Notes under the pieces: generated by a model
What the model was told of the DNA's origin: nothing
Databases searched by the model: none
What the model saw: only the letters and a program-made list of their open reading frames with translations
From: TPA_inf: Saccharomyces
Taxonomy: Eukaryota
Length of the DNA stretch: 64,000 nt
Reading direction: 5' to 3'
Assembly: GCA_000146045.2 (NCBI GenBank)
Contig: BK006939.2
Span: forward strand, 32,001 to 96,000
Program-made: the position numbers and the translations under genes
Shown: piece by piece, positions 21,719 to 34,797 of the stretch
How the letters are laid out: each line of letters begins with the position of its first letter
Position numbering within the stretch: the stretch's first letter is position 1

Positions 21719-21731
21719 ACACCCACACATA
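21719..21731 (+). promoter_or_regulatory. Rap1-binding-site match (ACACCCACACATA), about 500 bp upstream of RPL12A
   Basis: Exact fit to ACACCCRYACAYM. Ribosomal-protein genes are typically Rap1-driven. Confidence 0.35.
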
Positions 21732-21900
21732 TTTGGTGTTCGGATGTTAAACAGGGTATTTATCTTGTTTTAGACTGGTACGAATGGGATAATGGCATAA
21801 GGTGGCTTCATTTGTTTGAGTATAAAGGTCTCCTTTATAATAATTAAATAGCGGGTATATAATGCTAAATATATTTTGTACAGTTAGGGTAAATTCCAGA

Positions 21901-24102
21901 TTATTTATAGCGGTCTTGCTTTATTCTCAATGTTTGTATGGGGAAATAGTTCCATCCTTCTGTTGTATGAACTAATTCAACCTTGTATTCGTGGGAGTCC
22001 TTGTTTTTAATGTTCTTTTTCAAAGTGTTGACGATAACTTTTGAGTTGACTGATAATGCTTTAGAAGTATGTTTTAGTTTACAATAGTACTCCAGAGAGA
22101 GCTCTTGAACCAGTCTTGTTCCTGTTACTAGAACGCCGTTATTATCGCCTCCCTTGATTCCTTGCATTATCTCATCAATAGAACTAACGACATTGCGCAC
22201 TTCAGTTTCGATAAAGTTAGTGGCCCTTTCTAACTTTATATCAAATGCAGCTCCTTTTTCTTCAATGACAAAATCTTTTAAAGTTTGTTGAAATACTTCA
22301 TATTCTGGTAACTCAGGAACACCAATTGAATTAAATGGCTTGAATCTCAAATTATGGATTAACCGTTCATTAGAGAATTTTGACGGAGTACTATTCTTGT
22401 TGTCAATTAAACCAAATGACTTTAAAATTGCAAATTGGAAAACCTCTATTAGACATAAAGATTTGGTAATGTTAATTTCCTTCAAAAGATAGTTTAAAAA
22501 TTGTTTGGTAGCTTGTAATTGTTCCATTTCATTATCCATAGCAAACCTGTACTTTAGCCTCAATTGGTCCTTCTTTTCACCAGCTTTCAATTTTTTAAGT
22601 TTTTTGTTCATGGAATGAATGGCATTAATATTTGATTCAATATCATTTTGACTATCTTTCAAAAAGGTTTCTAAGTGGTGACTTAAATAATAAACATACC
22701 AAAACATAGAGTATGCTTCAAAGGGTTTGTAAATATCCAAATCAAACCCCTTTAAAGAGAATTCGATCATACTTGATAGTTTCATAAAATATGTCCACGA
22801 ACAGTAAACTTGTGAATTGACACTTTCAAACTGGGCTTGAAGAGAATCCCATAGAATAAGTTGCCTGTTAAAACCTTGTCTATATCTACATGTGTTTTGG
22901 GAGCAGTTTTGGTACCATTCTAAAAGCATATTAGAGCTTTCTTGGATAAGTTCATTACCAATAGAGGATTCAAATTCAGATGGAGTTTGTGCTGAAAACT
23001 CCTTGACATGTAGCAAATAAAATTGGGTATATGAAAATTTACCCAAAACTGTTCTGTCGTCTCTAATGAAAAATAAGGGGAATAAGATCCTTGCAATGAC
23101 ATGCCTTTGTTCCAACTTGTTGAAGAATTTGGCAAACTGGTAGGTCTCCAACGCAGACTCGGCTTTATCTACAAGGAGTATTGTTTTAACATCATTTGCC
23201 AGTGTAATAAAGCCGCTGTAATCCGTCGGTAACTTCGTAATCTTCCTGGGAGGGAATTGATTAGACCTGTGCTTTTGTATATATGTTGAGAACGCACCCT
23301 TTGGTGGAGACAGCTGTAATTGTGGAAATATGCCATTAACCGAGTTAGCGTTTTCAATTAGCTCATCCAGGTGGCTTGTCTTTGTGGAATAGTCTGTCAG
23401 ATGGTCTTCTAAGTGGACTAAGCAAATGATAATTTTTAGTATATGCTTCAGCATAGTTAAATGTAAGCTATCATCAGAATATGCCTCTAATATCTGAAGG
23501 CTCTCGGTGAGAGAATTGATAACAACATCTTGCCCCGGCAAATTATCGAATGTATTAAACCCCATGTTATTAAAATTTAAATCCTCCTCTTCAAAAACAA
23601 TACCAGCACTCAAGAGTTTCTGCACAAATTTTGTTAAATAACAAACGCCAAGTATGCAACTTCCTAGTACTTTATCATACAAAATATTCCCTGTACACCA
23701 GGACGAACCGGCAGTTGTTCCCTTAACTAATGACGATAATAAGCTTTCTGTATACCTGCAGCTTAATACAGTAGTGGGTAAAGTCTGGTAGTCATTCAGC
23801 CAGGAGATAACACATCTAAGTAATCTATCCGCTATGGCTGCTACACTTGCCAACGGTGGATCGTAGGCCACGTTCACATCAAATTCTATTTCTTCTGCTG
23901 TCAATTCTATCAGACTGGAGTCTAATTTGGAGTTGTTGACCTCTAAAGAATGTGTACCCTCGAACAAATCAAACCTGGGATCTTTCACGATAGCCTCTGG
24001 TTTTAGTTTTGAACACAATTCATCAAACAGACTTGTGACGTCAACCAATTGGTCAAAATCATCAGTTATGCTCAAGGAACCTAATATACTGTCTACTTCC
24101 AT
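21901..24102 (-). CDS. MAK10: NatC N-terminal acetyltransferase auxiliary subunit (733 aa)
   Basis: 733 aa from MEVDSILGSLSITDDFDQLVDVTSLFDELCSKLKPEAIVKDPRFD... (complement of ATG at 24100-24102). The track ORF starts 9 codons upstream at TTG. Confidence 0.88.
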   Translation of the reverse strand: MEVDSILGSLSITDDFDQLVDVTSLFDELCSKLKPEAIVKDPRFDLFEGTHSLEVNNSKLDSSLIELTAEEIEFDVNVAYDPPLASVAAIADRLLRCVISWLNDYQTLPTTVLSCRYTESLLSSLVKGTTAGSSWCTGNILYDKVLGSCILGVCYLTKFVQKLLSAGIVFEEEDLNFNNMGFNTFDNLPGQDVVINSLTESLQILEAYSDDSLHLTMLKHILKIIICLVHLEDHLTDYSTKTSHLDELIENANSVNGIFPQLQLSPPKGAFSTYIQKHRSNQFPPRKITKLPTDYSGFITLANDVKTILLVDKAESALETYQFAKFFNKLEQRHVIARILFPLFFIRDDRTVLGKFSYTQFYLLHVKEFSAQTPSEFESSIGNELIQESSNMLLEWYQNCSQNTCRYRQGFNRQLILWDSLQAQFESVNSQVYCSWTYFMKLSSMIEFSLKGFDLDIYKPFEAYSMFWYVYYLSHHLETFLKDSQNDIESNINAIHSMNKKLKKLKAGEKKDQLRLKYRFAMDNEMEQLQATKQFLNYLLKEINITKSLCLIEVFQFAILKSFGLIDNKNSTPSKFSNERLIHNLRFKPFNSIGVPELPEYEVFQQTLKDFVIEEKGAAFDIKLERATNFIETEVRNVVSSIDEIMQGIKGGDNNGVLVTGTRLVQELSLEYYCKLKHTSKALSVNSKVIVNTLKKNIKNKDSHEYKVELVHTTEGWNYFPIQTLRIKQDRYK

Positions 24103-24570
24103 TCTCGGAAACGTACCAGCTATTATCAAAGTTGCTCTACACTAGCACAGTTGTTTTCAATCTCAGCGCCACTCTTCTTGCTATTGAAGAGCTGCTATTT
24201 TACTTGTATCTCTTCGTGAAATTTCACTCCATCTCATAATTATTACCCGAAAACATAACAATGTGAAATAATCGTATTATGTAAAGGTTAGATAATATAA
24301 CAACTACTAGATAATACAGTACTCTTATTCATTTATTTAGGCACCTGATTCCACTATTACCTATTCAATAGGTGTGCCGAGTTCCTTTGTCTTACGTAAT
24401 TTTACACATCTTTTATGGGTCATATTTCGATATGTAAGGTAATAACGGGAATCTCCGGATTTACTTTAAAGTGGGAGGGAGAAGTTCCTTTCTTCTGATT
24501 TGCGGGTGCTCCGAAAGAACAAAGAATAAATAGGTAAAGCAGTGAAACATAGTATTTGCTGGTTAAAATC

Positions 24571-26100
24571 ATGATCGCTTTGAAGCCCAATGCTGTTCGA
24601 ACCTTCCGACAAGTGCAGCATTGCAGCTTTCGCATTTGTCGGTATCAATCTACGAAGTCAAATAAGTGTCTGACGCCCTTGCAAGAGTACGACAGACTGG
24701 TGAAGTTGGGGAAGCTACGGGATGATACATATCAGCGTGGTATCATCTCTTCCTTAGGGGATTTGTATGATTCACTGGTTAAATATGTACCTCCGGTTGT
24801 CAAGACACCCAATGCTGTCGACCAAGTTGGCGGTTGGTTGAATGGTCTTAAATCCGTATTTAGCCGTGGCAAACCTAAGAACATTGGGGCGTATGTGGAT
24901 GTATCCAAAATTGGTAACTCGATACCTCGAGGAGTTTACCTATATGGAGATGTTGGCTGCGGAAAGACAATGTTGATGGACCTTTTTTATACTACAATTC
25001 CCAATCATTTAACAAAAAAGAGAATACATTTTCACCAGTTTATGCAATATGTTCACAAAAGGTCGCATGAAATTGTTAGAGAGCAAAATTTGAAAGAACT
25101 AGGTGATGCAAAAGGAAAAGAGATCGATACGGTTCCATTTTTGGCCGCAGAGATTGCAAATAATTCGCATGTTCTTTGTTTTGACGAGTTTCAAGTCACT
25201 GACGTGGCAGATGCAATGATATTGAGAAGGCTGATGACTGCCTTACTATCCGATGATTATGGTGTCGTACTTTTCGCAACCTCGAATAGACATCCAGATG
25301 AGTTGTATATCAACGGTGTTCAAAGACAATCATTTATTCCTTGTATTGAACTGATAAAGCATAGAACTAAGGTTATCTTCTTGAATTCGCCAACAGATTA
25401 CCGTAAGATTCCAAGACCTGTGTCCTCAGTTTACTATTTCCCATCCGATACGAGCATAAAATACGCATCAAAGGAATGTAAAACCCGTCGAGAAACTCAT
25501 ATTAAGGAATGGTATAACTATTTCGCACAGGCTTCCCACACCGATGATTCCACTGATTCACACACGGTGCATAAGACATTTTATGATTATCCATTAACTA
25601 TTTGGGGGAGAGAGTTCAAAGTCCCTAAGTGTACCCCACCTCGAGTCGCGCAGTTTACTTTCAAGCAGTTGTGTGGTGAGCCTTTGGCCGCAGGAGATTA
25701 CTTGACGTTGGCAAAAAATTTTGAAGCCTTTATAGTGACCGATATTCCATATTTGTCCATTTACGTTCGTGATGAAGTGAGAAGATTTATTACATTTTTA
25801 GATGCTGTATATGACAGTGGCGGGAAACTGGCCACTACGGGTGCAGCGGATTTTTCTTCCTTGTTTGTGGAACCTGAACAGATACTTAATGATTTTGAGT
25901 TACGCCCAACAACCAAAGAACCTGATAGCGTCGATACTGGTATGGTAGATGAGATGGTTGAGAAACACGGTTTTTCGAAAGAGATTGCCAAGAAATCGCA
26001 GATGTTTGCTCTTGATGAAGAAAGATTTGCCTTTGCCCGTGCCTTAAGCAGGCTGTCACAGATGAGCTCCACCGATTGGGTTACTAAGCCTACATACTAA
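24571..26100 (+). CDS. AFG1: Mitochondrial AAA-family ATPase (509 aa)
   Basis: [30 protein letters not shown]... with Walker A GDVGCGKT. 509 aa from the ATG at 24571. The track ORF starts at TTG 24556. Confidence 0.9.
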
Positions 26101-26377
26101 ACCCTATGTAACAAAAGTGTTTATTTATATTCTTGTATTTATTCTAAACACGAACTTTGATCGTCTAACAATTGCCGCAGTTACACCTTTAACAATAGTG
26201 CTTTTTATTACTGATATTACTCACCTGATTTTTTGTTACCCGAATGCAAATTTGATTAGGAACGGGGATTGTTAAAAGACAATGGCAGTACAGATAAAGG
26301 TTAGATGAAGCAGCAGTAGAATAAATCAGCATCTGTAGTACATAGGTTCCTAACAGCATTGTGAAAAAGGTTCAAAA

Positions 26378-27148
26378 ATGTCTGGTAATAGAGAGCAAGT
26401 CTTTCCTACGCGTATGACGCTGGGTTTGATGAAGACCAAGTTAAAAGGTGCCAACCAAGGTTATTCTTTACTAAAGCGTAAGTCTGAAGCCCTAACAAAG
26501 AGATTCAGAGATATTACCAAAAGAATTGATGATGCTAAGCAAAAGATGGGGAGAGTTATGCAAACTGCTGCCTTTTCCTTGGCCGAAGTTTCCTATGCAA
26601 CAGGTGAAAACATTGGCTATCAAGTGCAAGAAAGTGTCTCTACTGCAAGATTCAAAGTGAGAGCACGTCAAGAAAACGTTAGTGGTGTGTATTTGTCTCA
26701 ATTTGAGTCCTACATCGACCCTGAAATTAATGATTTCAGATTAACTGGTTTAGGTAGAGGTGGTCAACAGGTTCAACGAGCCAAGGAAATCTATTCAAGA
26801 GCCGTTGAAACTTTAGTTGAATTAGCCTCTTTACAGACTGCATTTATTATTTTGGATGAAGTGATTAAAGTGACGAACAGAAGGGTTAATGCTATCGAAC
26901 ACGTTATTATCCCAAGAACTGAAAACACAATTGCTTACATTAACAGTGAGTTGGATGAGTTGGACAGAGAAGAATTTTATAGATTGAAAAAGGTCCAAGA
27001 AAAGAAGCAAAATGAGACTGCAAAATTGGATGCTGAGATGAAATTGAAGAGAGATAGAGCAGAACAAGATGCTTCAGAAGTAGCTGCTGATGAGGAACCT
27101 CAAGGTGAAACATTGGTTGCTGATCAAGAAGACGATGTTATATTCTGA
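26378..27148 (+). CDS. VMA8: V-ATPase V1 subunit D (256 aa)
   Basis: [46 protein letters not shown]... (V-type ATPase D-subunit family). Length 256 aa. Confidence 0.95.
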
Positions 27149-27536
27149 AGTTTCAGGCAGAACAAGACCCTTTTCAAAAATATGTAAGCCATTATTAAAA
27201 AAAAGGATATTTTGTATAATTGTTTAATAAAATAACATCTTTTTAAACAATCATAAATAGCACTTCTTATCATACAACCTCAAATCATATCGGTCCAAAT
27301 TTGCTCAAATTGTACATGAGATATAACTTTTTCTTCTAATGCTTTCATTTCAGAGTTTGTTTTTTTTTTTTCTTTTTTTTTTTTTTCCTTACCGGAGTCT
27401 GAATCTCTTACTTCCTTAACTTAGATGTTAGTGACTAAAATCTGATGGACAGTATCAAAATGTAAATATTGTACCTAAAAAGAAAAAAGTATTAAAGTGG
27501 TTTGCCATAAATTTTAAACAAGTGAAAAGTTTCAAT

Positions 27537-27547
27537 ATTTATATTTA
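27537..27547 (+). promoter_or_regulatory. Perfect 11/11 ARS consensus sequence (ATTTATATTTA) in the VMA8-RML2 intergenic region; probable ACS of ARS507
   Basis: Matches WTTTAYRTTTW exactly. A/T-rich flank with several A-runs. I recall ARS507 at chrV ~59.3-59.6 kb, which maps to this gap. Confidence 0.45.
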
Positions 27548-27669
27548 CATGATTGTGGACAAGCGGCATTGTCTACAGGCTGTGCAAAATTATATAGTAC
27601 AGATAAATGTAACCAGAACAACGAAGAAAAGGTCCCTATGTTGCTTCTTTTCTACTAAAATTAGCCTAT

Positions 27670-28854
<1,185 letters not shown>

Positions 28855-29351
28855 TCATAAACACTTAAATTATCTTCTCTGCGTATTTCTGGACTAGTTT
28901 ACAACGTTCTCTTTTGCTTAGTTAGAACTCGCTTTCAGTTTCCCATACGTTCCCTTTCTCTTTCAATTATAGGTTCAAGCCCTAACTTTCCACCTCGCGT
29001 AGTCTTTTTTTTGCATGGAAAATTTTTTTTGAGTATTTAAAGAACAGAGGTTCTATTCAAATTTAACCGTAGAATATACTTATTCATCTTAAATACCAAG
29101 CGCTTCAACCTGTACGTGGATGGTAACATATAGATATTTCTATAGAATGTGTTAAGGAACAGGAGTTCCTGACAAACAAAAATAGATCGTACTAATACTT
29201 TTTTTTTCGAACTATACTGTTTGCGTATGCTTATAAAGCCAAGAGGGGGATGTTTGTGTATTACTTTCTTTACTTTTTTCTCTTCTGCATTATTGTTCCT
29301 TTAGAGATGATAAAGACAACTTACAAGTACAGTTTTTTGTTGGTATCTCAT

Positions 29352-29433
29352 TAACATGATGACTAAGTTGTCGCCCCAAGCGGATCTTTGAAATGACTGA
29401 TTTTACAAACAACAAACACTGAAAATTCTGAAA
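29352..29433 (+). ncRNA. SNR67: C/D-box snoRNA snR67, first member of the snR67-snR53 dicistronic unit
   Basis: C box AUGAUGA at 29356-29362. D box CUGA at 29428-29431. A perfect 11-bp terminal inverted repeat flanks them (tatctcattaa 29344-29354, ttaatgagata 29434-29444). Internal CUGA at 29397-29400 is a possible D' box. The position agrees with my memory of SNR67 just upstream of tG(GCC)E. Confidence 0.8.
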
Positions 29434-29706
29434 TTAATGAGATATTTACACATTAAACATCAAAAGTTTTCTCAAGGAACATGTATTTAATGCAAGAAAA
29501 GGATTGCTGAAGAAAGGAATCTTTTCTCAAACATTTTACCTCTTTTGCCTCATTTGTACACAGCGGTACGGTTGGATTAAGAAAAATATCCATTCGACCT
29601 AGTTTTTTTTGTTAAGCACAATTTGGTTTCAATATCAATTCTTACTGTTATATAAAAAATTGTCTTAATTGCCATTATCACTCCTCTTTTTTTTTTTTTT
29701 TGATGA

Positions 29707-29799
29707 TGATTACACTCCATGCTAATCATGAACGTGTTCGATGTAAATTTGAATACGATGATTAAAATTGTTGTTTACGCTTTCTGAAATCTAAACTAG
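29707..29799 (+). ncRNA. SNR53: C/D-box snoRNA snR53, second member of the dicistronic unit; ends approximate (+/-10 nt)
   Basis: C box AUGAUGA at 29713-29719 and D box CUGA at 29794-29797, about 85 nt apart. An internal AUGAUUA is a possible C' box. It lies about 270 nt downstream of snR67 on the same strand. Confidence 0.6.
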
Positions 29800-29889
29800 A
29801 AAAGAAAAGGAACTATCAAAGAATTAGGCTCTTCGTATTGGAATTAGTTGACAGTTGCTCATGAAATGAATGGATTAAAAAAATAAAGC

Positions 29890-29960
29890 TGCGCAAGCCC
29901 GGAATCGAACCGGGGGCCCAACGATGGCAACGTTGGATTTTACCACTAAACCACTTGCGC
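29890..29960 (-). tRNA. tG(GCC)E: tRNA-Gly (anticodon GCC), 71 nt, no intron
   Basis: The reverse complement GCGCAAGTGGTTTAGTGGTAAAATCCAACGTTGCCATCGTTGGGCCCCCGGTTCGATTCCGGGCTTGCGCA is the canonical yeast tRNA-Gly(GCC). A box, B box (GGTTCGATTCC) and the GCC anticodon loop are visible. A T7 terminator lies on the minus strand at 29877-29883. Confidence 0.97.
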
Positions 29961-30087
29961 TTACTATTTGTTGTTATTCAAAAAATAAAGAACCCACAGA
30001 ACATAGATTAGAACATAACCTTGGAGTATCAACTTGATTCACAAAATATTATTCGTCGTATATCATGGCATATAGAATCTTGCTGGA

Positions 30088-30756
30088 ATAAGAAGCAAGT
30101 TTCATCTTTGATCTTATGTATATAGTATTAATATGTATTATTGTTGGAATAAAGATCAACTATCATCTACTAACTAGTATTTACGTTACTAGTATATTAT
30201 CATATACGGTGTTAGAAGATGACGCAAATGATGAGAAATAGTCATCTAAATTAGTGGAAGCTGAAACGCAAGGATTGATAATGTAATAGGATCAATGAAT
30301 ATTAACATATAAAATGATGATAATAATATTTATAGAATTGTGTAGAATTGCAGATTCCCTTTTATGGATTCCTAAATCCTCGAGGAGAACTTCTAGTACA
30401 TTCTACATACCTAATATTATTGCCTTATTAAAAATGGAATCCCAACAATTATCTCAAAATTCACCCACTCTTCAATTATCATATAGGACAGAATTAGTTG
30501 ACAAAAAGTACGATGGGAAACAGCTATCAAATTTAAAGGAAGCTGAAATGCAAGAATTAATAATGTAATAGGGTAGCGAACGACAAAGTATAAAAGGAAG
30601 GAGGATGAAGTTACATAATTATGTAGCACTATCGACTTCCTTTTGGGCATTTCTATAATCTCGAGGAAATCTTCTAGTATATCCTGTATACCTAATATTA
30701 TTGCCTTCAACACAGACGGAATCCCAACAATTATCTCAAAATTCACCCATTTTTCA
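30088..30756 (+). mobile_element. Older, diverged Ty1/Ty2 delta solo LTR, split into two parts (30088-30141 and 30480-30756) by the younger delta
   Basis: Starts TGCTGGAATAAGAAGCAAG (a diverged TGTTGGAATAGAAATCAAC). It resumes after the insertion with ...CATATAGGACAG...GAAGCTGAAATGCAAGAATTAATAATGTAATAGG...CTCGAGGAAATCTTCTAGTATAT...GGAATCCCAACAATTATCTCAAAATTCACCCATTTTTCA, which is delta-like. It lies 130-800 bp upstream of the tRNA-Gly 5' end. Confidence 0.7.
30142..30474 (+). mobile_element. Full-length (333 bp) Ty1/Ty2 delta solo LTR flanked by a 5-bp target-site duplication ATTAT
   Basis: TGTTGGAATAAAGATCAACTATCATCTACTAACTAGTATTTACGTTACTAGTATATTATCATATACGGTGTTAGAAGATGACGCAAATGATGAG...TTCACCCACTCTTCA matches the delta consensus closely. 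ATTAT is present at 30137-30141 and again at 30475-30479. Confidence 0.85.
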
Positions 30757-31343
30757 CTCTCAAATCTGAATCTAAGTAAATAGTGGCAGTGAAATCCGGA
30801 TCAAAATTCAGTAACTTTTGTGATATCTCACATTGACATACCACGGTCGGAGGTGAATTTCTTCACCATTAACATATAATATGATCATCTATGTAAATTT
30901 TATTGCTGTTATTCTATTAGTAGTAATGATCGAAAATAGTAGAGGTATCAACGAGGTCAATGGATCAAAGAATGCCTTGAACCTGGTTAGTCTATAAATT
31001 TTCGTTTACCTACGTATGTCATATTCAACGTTCTTTCTTTCTCAATTTCTGCAATGATCCCACCGGAGTATATGAACGAACTATTTTATCATTATAGCTA
31101 GCTCTAAACGGCTGCAAAAACTAATTCCTTGAAACAATGTGCCATTAATTATCTAACGCGTGCTTCGTCCTACTGATTATTATCCCTTATTCGTTTGATT
31201 CACATAGTAGACAACTCTTGATCACCCATATAGTACCAGACGACGCTAATTCAAAATTAATCGACATTACGCATGTTTCTAATTTGGGAAAAAAAGGCCA
31301 AGCTCCGATATCCCGTTTAAGGTCAACGCTTGAACAGTGGTTT

Positions 31344-31351
31344 CTGAACGA
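31344..31351 (-). promoter_or_regulatory. AR1/sterol-response element TCGTTCAG (Upc2/Ecm22 site), about 380 bp upstream of PAU2
   Basis: Plus strand CTGAACGA, whose reverse complement TCGTTCAG equals the AR1 consensus TCGTTYAG of anaerobic PAU/DAN genes. Weaker TCGTTCAT copies occur at about 31521 and 31598. Confidence 0.45.
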
Positions 31352-31727
31352 ACACTCATATCATATTACTTCGACTCAACTGCTGAGCTAGCAGACTGGA
31401 AATATTTCAGGGACTCAAAAAAGGTTCAACTAGTCTCCACTGTAAGCACATTCTTGCATTCTGAATATACGAATGAGTATCATTAACTCAAAACCGCGCC
31501 CTCTTATACGAGACCTCCAAAAATGGATCGTTCATGAGTAAAGGCATCTCAATAACAATAGCAATAACAATAATGTTCATGAGGTGAAAGGTGGCCCCTC
31601 GTTCATGTAAGAGAAGCTGGCCGAGAAATTCATATAAATTGAACTGCTTTGGTTACCTCTCTTTGGTATATGCCTCCACTCTTCTCTTCCTAGTTAAGCT
31701 TATATCAGCACAAACAAAACAAATAAA

Positions 31728-32090
31728 ATGGTCAAATTAACTTCAATTGCCGCTGGTGTTGCCGCCATCGCTGCTACTGCTTCCGCAACCACCACTCTAG
31801 CTCAATCTGACGAAAGAGTCAACTTGGTTGAATTGGGTGTCTACGTATCTGATATCAGAGCTCATTTGGCTCAATACTACTCTTTCCAAGCTGCTCACCC
31901 AACTGAAACCTACCCAATTGAAGTTGCTGAGGCCGTTTTCAACTACGGTGACTTCACCACCATGTTGACTGGTATTGCCCCAGACCAAGTGACCAGAATG
32001 ATCACCGGTGTTCCATGGTACTCCAGCAGATTAAAGCCAGCCATTTCCAGTGCTCTATCCAAGGACGGTATCTACACTATCGCAAACTAG
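31728..32090 (+). CDS. PAU2: Seripauperin (PAU family cell-wall mannoprotein, 120 aa)
   Basis: [63 protein letters not shown]... is a typical PAU protein. Length 120 aa. Confidence 0.93.
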   Translation: MVKLTSIAAGVAAIAATASATTTLAQSDERVNLVELGVYVSDIRAHLAQYYSFQAAHPTETYPIEVAEAVFNYGDFTTMLTGIAPDQVTRMITGVPWYSSRLKPAISSALSKDGIYTIAN

Positions 32091-32708
32091 AGACAAACGC
32101 CAATTTAATGAAGGAAATGCTATGAAACTTAGATAATGAAATAAAAAAAAACCCTTTTTTTTTTTTTGGTAGTATAAATATCTTTATACGTACATACGTG
32201 AACAATCACATCATATCTGTCAATTCTCGTTGTAACCATAACCTAGCACTTATTTCAGACTTTCCAAAGGTCGCAGTATCTTTATGACGAGCCATCCCAT
32301 GTAAAAATTGCCGTGCCGGATATGAAGTGACAAAGATCAGTCTATATCTCGGAAAGCCAACAAATATCTTCATTATGAAGTAACGTATAGTGATTGCTTC
32401 CACATCTGTTCAATTCGGACAATTTTCGTTAGCAGTAGAGTCAAAGCGATCGCCTTAATTGTCTCCGTATCTTATTTATTCATGAACAGCATGACAATTG
32501 ACAGTCACTTGAATGAAGTAGAAAGTTTGATTGTCACGGTCATCTGAGATATACTACCGGCACCTGATCCCCGCTAATTAGGCAAGGCGAAACTGTCACC
32601 AAGTTGGACATATTAGACATTAATAACTTCTCTGAATCGCTCTCACTCCAAAGCAGTGACATTAAATTTTGCTTTCATTCGTGAAAGAATCGACTAATAA
32701 ATTATCAT

Positions 32709-33167
32709 TTATAATTCAACTTCAGTTGAAATAAACAACTCATCAAATTTTCTTTCCAAGCTTTTTATAATGGACTTTTCGTCACCGCTAACAAGTAAAG
32801 GATTACATTTGACACGTATATAGATTTTTCTTACGGTTTCGAAAATCTGATTGATTGCTTCAAATTCATCATCAGCTCCACTTAGGCTTTTTTGTTCAAA
32901 TCCAATGACAATCTTCAGGCCCGTCTGCTTAATCAACATAGCAAATACAGAGACACCTTCCAATTGAAAAATTGACTTCAGAAGAGGTTTGGAATCTAAA
33001 GAATGCCATTCAACCAAAGCACTTTCAAAATAATCTAACGATATGTTAGAAAGCACGTTATATTTGAGTACATCATTCATCTCATTCTCCGCCTCATTAG
33101 GGACGTAAATCAATATAGGTTTATCAGATTCATCTATCAATGATACGAAGCAAGGCCTCAAGCTCAT
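32709..33167 (-). CDS. TCA17: TRAPP-complex-associated protein, sedlin-like (152 aa)
   Basis: 152-codon ORF MSLRPCFVSLIDESDKPILIYVPNEAENEMNDVLKYNVLSNISLDYFESALVEW... In the position of YEL048C between PAU2 and FRD1. Confidence 0.8.
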   Translation of the reverse strand: MSLRPCFVSLIDESDKPILIYVPNEAENEMNDVLKYNVLSNISLDYFESALVEWHSLDSKPLLKSIFQLEGVSVFAMLIKQTGLKIVIGFEQKSLSGADDEFEAINQIFETVRKIYIRVKCNPLLVSGDEKSIIKSLERKFDELFISTEVEL

Positions 33168-33384
33168 AGTTTGGTGATATAAACGTACAATTTGATTTTT
33201 GGAGAGAATATTTACTCAATTTTCAACTCAATAACTTTTATGTAAAATGTTTCTTGGCCGTCGATGAGCTCTTCCGGCAGAACTTCGAAAGTGAAAAAAA
33301 AAAAAAAAAAAAAATAATAATAATATTAATACTACTTATATACTATTAAAAAATCGTTTAGAAATGATTCATTTATAAAATTCG

Positions 33385-34797
<1,413 letters not shown>

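Noticed and set aside
4535-26100. ORF-track start coordinates for CIN8 (7684), POL5 (19623), MAK10 (24129) and AFG1 (24556)
   Set aside because: These begin at GTG/TTG codons. Nuclear yeast genes use ATG, and the downstream ATGs reproduce the protein lengths I remember (1000, 1022, 733, 509 aa).
29444-29700. Rnt1 AGNN-tetraloop processing stem in the snR67-snR53 spacer
   Set aside because: Expected from known biology, but I could not identify a convincing stem capped by AGNN by eye. Not reported as a feature.
30757-31020. Possible additional Ty LTR (sigma/tau) remnant after the old delta
   Set aside because: I could not match it to any LTR consensus from memory. Left unclassified and mentioned only as context in the delta finding.
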